Part shown: positions 55,316 to 64,000 of the stretch, piece by piece | How the letters are laid out: each line of letters starts with the position of its first letter | Position numbering within the stretch: the first letter of the stretch is position 1 | Source: Octopus bimaculoides | Lineage: Eukaryota | Assembly (NCBI RefSeq): GCF_001194135.2 | Contig: NC_068984.1 | Coordinates: 35,093,142-35,157,141 of the forward strand | Length of the DNA stretch: 64,000 bases | Direction: 5' to 3' | Position numbers and translations under genes: made by a program | Notes under the pieces: generated by a model | The model's database searches: none | What the model saw: only the letters and a program-made list of their open reading frames with translations | What the model was told of the DNA's origin: nothing

Positions 55316-56466
55316 CATACACATATATATATATTTACATGTATACGCGGTGTGTGCGCGCGCATATGTGTGTGTGTGTTTACATTCTATATGCCTAAGT
55401 AAACTATCAATTATGCTTGCTTCGCAATTTTGGCTTTCAATTAACGTTAAAACTCTGTATGTATTTCCTATATGTAATCACCGCATACAGATATAATACG
55501 TATAGTATATAAACACACACTAACCATTTCATTGCCGAATAATTTTATTTCATGTTTATTGATCTTTACCTTCTCAATAGCTTTTGCTCTACAGAATGTC
55601 TATATTTGTTTTCTTTTGCTGTTTTCTCCTGAATAAACAATCGAGCGATTCGGAAATTTACTCTGTAGCTGAAACATACTTGTATCACATGTTATATATT
55701 TAGCTAATCGGAAAGACTTACACAGAGAGTGATGGAGAAAAATAACATAGAAAAATACGATAAGTAAGTGGAAAGAAATTTGCTTGTAAATGGTTCGTTT
55801 TCTTTGTTCATCATTTCTTTTGTTTGTTAATGTTTCGTTTCGACCACTTTTTGTCGTAAATTGTGATGCTGAAGAATTGTAAAGTGATTTCTGAGATACA
55901 AATAAAAGCTAAAATAAAGTGAGAATAATACATTAGTAGGAAATTATAGGAAATCTATTCCAATATTCAGCTTGAAATCAATTCCTTTTTATTTATCTTT
56001 CTTTGGGCCAACTGAGAAGCTTATTCCTGGTCCCTTGATGTGCTGGAAATAGCAGCTGAATTTCTTTTCAATTAAAGCTTAGTTTCTTGAAAAAGTCATT
56101 ATGGATTTGTGTTTCACTGATTTATCATGTTTTTCTAATCATCAATTTTTTGGCCATGGCTTTAATTATAAATCTGCACAAAGAATATGCAAGGGCTTAA
56201 AACAGAGAAACATTCGTTCATTTTACTTTAAGTTGCATTATTTGTTCTGACCACTGGTTTATTTTTTTCTTTTTCTGATGCTTCTAAAATTATGTGGACT
56301 CTTATGTCATAATCGGATGAAGACGTTTAATGTGTTATTTATTGATATTGAAATAGCTGTGCTCATACAAATCTAGTGGAAACCTTACACTCATGCAAGT
56401 ATACTCTCGAATTACCATAGACATACGCATACGTAATTTAAAATTGCTACGTATATATACATACAT

Positions 56467-56508
<42 letters not shown>

Positions 56509-57379
56509 GTATATATATGCGCGTGTGTATACATTTATATAAGGATAGAAACAGTGATAGTAATGTGTGACGTATTTGTCTGTAGATATAATTGTCAAAA
56601 CCTTCGTGGCCTTATTTATACTTGTATTACATTAAGATAAATAATATGTGCTTCTGCGGATGTACACTCTCAGGCAGTAAAGCCTTTTGTGTTTGAATGA
56701 CTCATGGACTTACCTAATATCGGTTTTGCTTGAAAAATAATTACCTCCATCTTAACATCTTTATCTTGGGATATTCTCATCTTGCTAACATTCAGACGCC
56801 GCTGCGATACACCGTTCGTGTTCGTTTAACATCACATCTTAACAGTTCATGAAATTTTATATTCAATATATTTTCCTTGAGTGTGCGTAGTGGTCGTTTA
56901 TTTTATTTATTTATTTATTTTTGTTCTGTAAAAACACACTCAAAAAATTCTGTAACATGGTAATATATTTTACCATAGATGATGATAAACGAAGTTACTG
57001 AATTTTACGATTGTCCAGATCTTTTATGTTGCTGAAAGTAAGTAATGCTAGTTATGTTAGATGTCGCTCACTTACGTGTGTAAGCCTCTTGCTCCAGCAT
57101 GGCTGCAGTCAAACGATTGAAACATGTAAAAGAATAAAATAATAAAATAATAGCTTACTATGTGCAAAATTGTTGCCTATCAATAGTTATCCACCAACTA
57201 GCATATGCACAGTGATAAGATGTGTTAAGGTTTGATAGAAGCAGTCTCGTGAGTGTGAAATGATTTTAGAAGCTCATCATAAAATAAGACTTGGTGAATA
57301 GAATGAGAAAATCATAACCATTGCAGTTTCTGATAAAACACATCGAAACACATCTGTTTCCTCCTTCTCCACTGACGCT

Positions 57380-58975
57380 GAACTACCAGACTCCGTAGAT
57401 ACATCAATGCCTCCTTCGATTAAAATTCAAACCCTACAGAATAACCTAGAATAAGAAAAAAGGAACCCAATATCATATCACTTCTTGCAGAAAGTAATAA
57501 TCATTTCGACTATGGGCACAATGCCAGCAATTTGGCGGATTTACAAAAGGATAAGATTGAATCATCTTCTCACCATCGAAGACAGAACAGCAAATTCCCG
57601 TATTAAACGAAATAGAAAACTTCGTAAACGCTCGATACATCTCTGCAAGTGAAGGATTATGGAAGTTGTATGGATTTTTCATACACCAAAAGCATCCTAT
57701 AATCAAAAAGCTATCGTGTCATTTACTTGATGAGCAGACTGTACGATTCGACTCGACTTCTGTCGCTGCGGCTGTGAAACGCAGATCACTGATAACTAAA
57801 CTGACAGCTTATTTTCAAACAAACAAACACGACGAAAAAGCCCGACAGATTTTAAACCAAGATCTTCTTAAATATAACACCTGGAACAATAAAACCAAGT
57901 GGTGGCAAAAGCGAAAACGAGGTACAACAAATGATAATGCTGACGTCAAACTGATACTATCGGACGAATACCAACCATGCCATATAGTGCTCATCTATCA
58001 GAACTGTTTAACATTTGGATACTCCTTGACCATGTATTAAAGGTGCAACTAGCCGTGGAGGAAAATATATGTTCAATATTTCAGGAGGCATGCACGAAAC
58101 CTAGACTGATATCGGACGACCAAGAAATACGCCCTGCGATGCAGAAAACTGCTAGTATTCGCGTCGGGAATTCTCTGCGCGTCTTCTTCGCCATCATGTC
58201 AATTTACTGCCGGCCACCTGGTCCAGTGAACTTTTGGGAGGAGTGGAAAACTGAACTAAGACGAGACGTCATGCAAAGAAGCAATATTAAAGATCTTACC
58301 TCTCGCATTGGAAATGAAATAGTGAATCGTCTGCAGGAACGAATGCAAAGGGATGAACTTGAACTCGTTCGAGATTTCCAGCTGCCTCAACCTGAATATA
58401 ACGAAACCAGTCAACTACTGCCAAAAATTATCGCAGAAAAATGTAACTATGACACAGAGTGTCTTCGAATAATGTTTACTGATGTCTACAATACTCTAAA
58501 TACTGACCAAAAGCACAACTTTGATACGGTTGTAAAATATGTTTTACAATAACAAGAAAACAAGGTTTTCGCCTTGAGCGCGAGTGGTGGAACTGGTAAA
58601 GCATATTTATCAATGCCACCATAGAATTTCTACGTTTGGAGAAAAATCGTACTTACCACCGCTCTATCTGGCATTGCGGAAACATGGCTGCACAATAACC
58701 GGACATTTCATTCACTGTTCAAAATACCTGAGTCCTACTGTAATGTGTCAATTCAGGATGCACCTTCAGAATGACCAATCTAATAATTGTTGATGATGTC
58801 AGCCAAAGTAACAAGCTCATATACGAATGCTTGGATCGTTACCTGCGTGATATCAGAGCGAACGAATACCTGTTTGGAGGAGTGTATGTTCTTTTTGAAG
58901 GTGACTGGAAGCAGATTATACCTGTTGTTAAACGTGGTAGTCGAGCCCAAATGGTGGTGGAGAACACTCCGCTCT
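57380..58975 (+). mobile_element. Helitron Rep/helicase fragment (Pif1-like), pseudogene
   Basis: NEIENFVNARYISASEGLWKLYGFFIHQKHP..KLSCHL..EQTV, KLTAYFQTN, LNTDQKHNFDTV, ALSASGGTGK (Walker A), RTFHSLFKIP, LIIVDDVSQ (Walker B), FGGVYVLFEGDWKQIIPVVKRGSRAQ. Confidence 0.92.
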
Positions 58976-59029
58976 AATGTGACCTTTCAGGCCACATTTA
59001 TAACACGGAATCCTCCTTTCCACTCTAAC

Positions 59030-59680
59030 CTTTAAAGTCGACTCTCCCACTGTGATACTTTCGACCATTCAAAGGTTTGAATTTTCAACGCCTGTGGGGA
59101 AACTGGTGGCCTGCAGGACCAGCACTGTTTCCTCAATTCCTAGCAGTATAGCAGCCACCAGCCAAGCTACATCGACTTCTGATGGTATATCCTCCACCCT
59201 AACCCTGGACGCAAGTCTCCCAAGGTAAACGGGCAGAAGGACAACCTCATTCGTTTCCAGTGATGTTGCTGAATGCAGCCTGGTGGTAACTACGTTTCCA
59301 AACCGCACCTCCTCCTTTCCAAATTTCTTTCCTCTGGCAAGGTACAAACTCCCTTGCCAGATTGGTCTCAACGCCTTTTCTATTTATATCGTCGACATAT
59401 TTTCTATTTTTCTGGATTCCATTGAGTAAGTTCTATAAATTACTGTTCTTTACGCAACTTCTTTCAAAACGTATTTGAGGGGAACACCTTCACCTCGTTC
59501 TCCTCCATTTTAAGCATTCCTTTAAACTTGTCTAAGTCCTTCAACCTTATTTCCTTGCACTTACCATCCGTCGCTGCAGCATAGCTTCTTTCTTCCAAAT
59601 CCCTGTCTCTATTCTTCAAGCACTCTTCCATCTTATCCTCTGATGACACATATTCCGAGGAAGAGCAGGCTTCAATGCTC
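59030..59680 (-). mobile_element. Probable ORF1 (gag-like) N-terminal fragment of a non-LTR retrotransposon
   Basis: Frameshifted reading MSSEDKMEECLKN..RTVIYRTYS..VRFGNVVTTRLHSATSLETNEVVLLPVYLGRLASRVRVEDIPSEVDVAWLVAAILLG. Resembles repetitive mollusc ORF1-like proteins, from memory only. Confidence 0.4.
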
Positions 59681-59823
59681 GAAACAAGCCTTCACTTTTT
59701 GTTCGACATCCCTCCATCACAAGAGAAAAAACGTCGCACAGCCAATAAACACCCCGTCTCGTACAAAACCAACAAACTAAATGAATCCAGAGAAAAGAAG
59801 CAAGCTTCTTACCACACAGCCAA

Positions 59824-59914
<91 letters not shown>

Positions 59915-61073
59915 TATAATTCTTCCCACTACCACCATCATTGAATGCTTCATTACAGCTATGCATTGTACAGCTTAAAATATAGTATTAGAATTTCCGA
60001 GTTTTTACCACCAATGAAAGCTACAAATATTTTAAGCTTTATGTACACATCTTCAATATATTCCATAACACTTCCATTTCTTAGCTTATAAGTGCTTAGA
60101 TAATTTCGAATATATAAGGATGATACAGATTCATGACGTTATGAGTTGTTGTATTTTTAGTTCCTCTTTGCTCTTCATGTTTGGAAGCATTCATTATATT
60201 TGAAGTCTACAAAGAGGAGATTAATGACAATATTTTGTATAAGATGTCATTAAAATGAGACTTGGCAATCCATGAGAGGTACTTAAAGGACAATCTCATT
60301 AAGAGAACATACTTACTGAATAGTATGTTGCATCCACTAAATGAGAAGTTGATTTACTAAAATAAACATACGACGACAGAACGAAGATAAACAGAAATTA
60401 AAAGATGAATATAGAGAAATAAATGTGGAGAATGAATTACAATGTTATCATTCTAGTAATAAGACAAACATTTGTAGCAATAGTACTAACAACATCACAA
60501 CTATTACCAATACCAAGAATAATAATACGGAAAATATTACTAAGTCTGTCGTTGTAGCCATAATGGCGCTAATAAAGACAATGAAGATAGAGAAACATAT
60601 GTTTGAAAGGAAAAAGAAGACGTAAACAAACGCAAGACGTAGAGGTTAAAGAAGAATACACCAGTTCAAAGAGAAACTTATTGAGGCTATAATTGCCTAG
60701 AACAAGTGGCATGTTGAGATTTAGAACGAAGTAATCAAAATAGCTAGAAATATTCTGTAGGAGATTGTCTCGTTAGGTTAAAGATGTACACACGAATATA
60801 CAATTAGACTCGTCTCTCCCTCGCTCTTATTCTCTCTCACTTTCATTCTCTTTCGTTCTGTCTTTCTCACTTTCTTTTCTCTCTTTCTCTCGCTCTCCCT
60901 CTCTCCCTCTCTCTTTAAACCACACGTACAAGCAAATATATGCAAGTGTATATCGTTTCTGATAATGTGAAAGATAGGATTATGAGAAATATGTTACTAA
61001 ACTATTATTACCAGTTTTGCATGGTCCTTGTACACAGAGAAATGCTTTTCTTTCCCCAAAATATCTTTTACAG

Positions 61074-61150
61074 ATGAGGGGCTAAGCCACTACGCCTGTG
61101 GGAGGCAACAAGATGCAGAGGCAGTCAAGAATCAGACTTACAAAATTTAA
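61074..61150 (+). CDS. Candidate terminal exon (xEGLSHYACGRQQDAEAVKNQTYKI*)
   Basis: Strong acceptor ttttctttccccaaaatatcttttacag|. Only the phase-1 frame is open. Could instead be a 3' UTR exon. Confidence 0.25.
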
Positions 61151-62272
61151 AATCTGAAAAATCACTCACACAAATTGTACTGGTTCCAGGGCTCTCGCAA
61201 ATTGATGATTTTATATGTTTATGAAAACGATTAAGGAAAACCTTGAGTATAAATATAGTAGCTCAATGAGGAATTGTGTCTCGTACCTCAGCTTTAGAAA
61301 CTAGGGAGCTTGTTTGAAAAGTAAAACTATTATAACAAAACTAAAATGATTATGACATTTGAAATAGAAACTTATCTTATTGCATGTACAGAAAACTGAA
61401 ATAACAAATGATTGAAATGAAACTGTTTAGAAGTCTTCCAAATACAATATATATATTTCAAAACCAATTGCATGCGTACGAATGCAAAATTATTCTTTAA
61501 AAGTAAATAAAGGAAAGGGATACCTACCTATTCACCAGGGCAAAGGTTCTCAACGGAGGTCATATAGCCTCCCCGGGGAAGCCATTTGAGATGGGCGTTT
61601 TGGAAGAAAGGGGAACTAGGGTGGCGTTAAGAGACATGGGTTGTGCTAGTGGAACGCTGGAAGACGCTCTGCTTAGGTAAGTTTAATTTGAAATTAGCAA
61701 GTAGTAGCCATATAATAATAATATATATCTATATTGGTCTGCGACAGTCAGTTTTCAATAAACATGCCATTTTACTTCAAATTTTCATTTCCTCTTTGAC
61801 GACACCGGGTACCATGTGGAACTGGTGTCGCAAAAATGAAACCCTCAAAACAAAAAACAAAAGTAGAGGAATAGTGACAGACGACTAAAAGAAAAATAAG
61901 TAATGAATAAAAGCGAAAAGATGAATGCGTGTGTATGTGTGCAAATATATAATGAATGGTGGTCAGAATTTTGGATCAAACTGGCTTTTAGGAGTGGCTA
62001 ATAGGTATATATTAGTGTATGTGTGTGTGTATTTATGGGTATGTTTGTATGTATATGATTCCGTGTGTTGCCGTTTTGAATTCTTTTCTGTGATTGAACT
62101 TAAATTGACTCCTGCCTATTAAAGACCCAACGACACACAGAAACACACACATTTGTTTTAAGTTTTGTACCGATTTGAATTGCGACTGTACATACACCAG
62201 ATAACGTGGTAAGTGTTTTGTTGTGAAGTTTAAATTTTGAATTTGTTTTAATTAGAAAATTACACCTCAGCT

Positions 62273-62431
62273 AAAAATTCCACCACGGAAAATCCTACCA
62301 GGTAAATTTCACCATTGGTAAATTCCACCACGGTGTATTCCCCCGTGGTAAATTATTATCATTATTATTATTATTATTATTCAGTAATTTTATTTTTATA
62401 ACGTGCTTCATTTCACTTCTGTGTACCTTGC

Positions 62432-62480
<49 letters not shown>

Positions 62481-63695
62481 CATTATTATTATTATTATCA
62501 TTATTATTATTATTATTGTTGTTATTATTATCATTATTATTATTATTGTTGTTATTATTATCATTATTATTATTATTGTTGTTGTTGTTATTATCATTAT
62601 TGTTATAGGGGTTACGATTTTATGGAAATAAAAACAGAATACATAAAAATTATCAAAGTTAATGAATAAAAAATACGTTGAAAACGTTGTCAATGTATTT
62701 GAAGATTTGTCTGACGAGTAGACATCACTTCTGAGTTTATCATCTATTTTGAGATTACATACATTGGGATTGCTTAGGGGGCGCGGTCCTCGTCGGCGAA
62801 GAGAAAACCCTCATTTTCCTATACAACTCTGGAATGTACGCGATCGCATCTTAAAGGACTTGCCCAAGATCAGATAATTGTTTAGAATGGTCCCACAATG
62901 CTTTGCGCTCATCACTAACATCCACACAACCAAATTTGTAGAAACTATGCACTGCCCTCAAAGCTGAGAAAAGATTAAGCCACACCATAATTGCTCACAT
63001 TCGACGTGGGGACTCAACAACAACAACGGCAACAACAAAGATCTATCAAATTATTGATGCACGGCTGAAGAAGCTAGTTCAGGAATATCAAAATGAAAAC
63101 CCTTTGCAAATTTTAAGAAGTATTGCACACAATTTGTTTTCAGAAATTTTTGTATGATTAAAAAAAAAATAATTAGACTTTCTTATCCTATCTCTGCTTC
63201 ACAATGTACTCGCTGTTATTTTTTTAATCCTATTTTTATTATAAAATATGCGCTAAAATGTAATCCTTTCTTTCTTTATCATATTATATTATTTTTGAAA
63301 TTTTGCGAAGAGTTTTTTTCATAGATTCTTACGCGATGGGAGTATATTAAAGTGATCTCATCACTTTAATGATTATTAATTCAAATAGATTATAAAGATA
63401 ATTGTTTATCTTACCTTCAGTCTCTCTCTCTTTCTCTCTCTCTTCTTAAGACTCGAGAGACAGACAAATTAAATAACATTGGCATTGAGCAACAATCTAG
63501 AGAAACTGACCACGGTGATTATCAGCGGGAGCAGCGATTATTGGAAATTTGGCCATGGGTGGAAGTTACTATGGTAGAATTTACCTATGGTGAAATTTAC
63601 CAGGTGGGATTTTCCGTCGTGGAATTTACCGTGGTGGAATTAATCTTTTGTGAAGTTAGAATTTCACTGGTTTGGTCAGTGAAATTCACAGAGCC
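62273..63695 (+). mobile_element. Internally deleted Mutator-like (MULE) element with 15-16 bp tandem subterminal repeats
   Basis: AAATTCCACCACGG-type repeats at 62273-62352 are inverted relative to 63555-63640. Internal peptide YFEITYIG..RGPRRRRENPHFPIQLWNVRDRILKDLPRSDNCLEWSHNALRSS..L.SIAHNL is a MULE transposase C-terminus (LPRTNNxxEGWH motif). Confidence 0.8.
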
Positions 63696-63933
63696 GAACA
63701 AAATCAAAAGTATTAATTTTAATCTTAATGATGGAGAGGAGTAAACATATTCCCTTTCCTTAATACTAATAAGAGCATAGCATAAGGGAGATTTGACTGT
63801 TATTTCAAGCAAACTGAACAACCACCCAGAGACTACCTCATTGGCTCATTTGTTAGATGTGTATAAGTAAACAAAATCGAAAGGAAAAACAGACACAACC
63901 AACCGCATACGCACGCGCGCACACACACGCATA

Positions 63934-64000
<67 letters not shown>

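Noticed and set aside
59655-59695. Hammerhead-like CCGAGGA-A-GAGC..GCTC-GAAA
   Set aside because: No palindromic or paired stem III, no NUH in register and no stem I. It lies antisense to a probable ORF1 leader. Chance or too decayed to call.
62273-62352. Short regularly spaced repeats suggestive of a CRISPR-like array
   Set aside because: Contiguous 15-16 bp units without unique spacers, mirrored at 63.6 kb around a MULE fragment; transposon subterminal repeats in a eukaryote.

Overview
Repeat-saturated, AT-rich animal DNA from a gapped short-read assembly; most N-gaps sit inside microsatellites. The SINE families and the density of (TA)n, (CA)n, (GA)n, (AAT)n, (TAG)n and (GAT)n tracts suggest a coleoid cephalopod, probably Octopus (inference, not checked). 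Nearly all ORFs in the supplied track are microsatellite or N-gap artefacts. Recognisable content is decayed mobile DNA: a full-length dead mariner, mariner and hAT MITEs, a hAT transposase 3' end, a MULE remnant, a Helitron Rep/Pif1 fragment, about eight R4/Dong-type retrotransposon pieces, RTE- and CR1-like RT remnants, Penelope-like RT pieces and several tRNA-derived SINEs. A speculative chain of small plus-strand exons (28.9-61.2 kb) may be a host gene. The most interesting signal is a set of minimal type I hammerhead ribozyme motifs in at least three sequence families (14.1, 45.5, 53.4 and 53.6/53.9 kb). One sits at the tip of a long stem in a ~300 nt highly structured, retrozyme-like unit, next to an oppositely oriented degenerate hammerhead. 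All folds and translations were done by eye; no database searches or folding programs were run.
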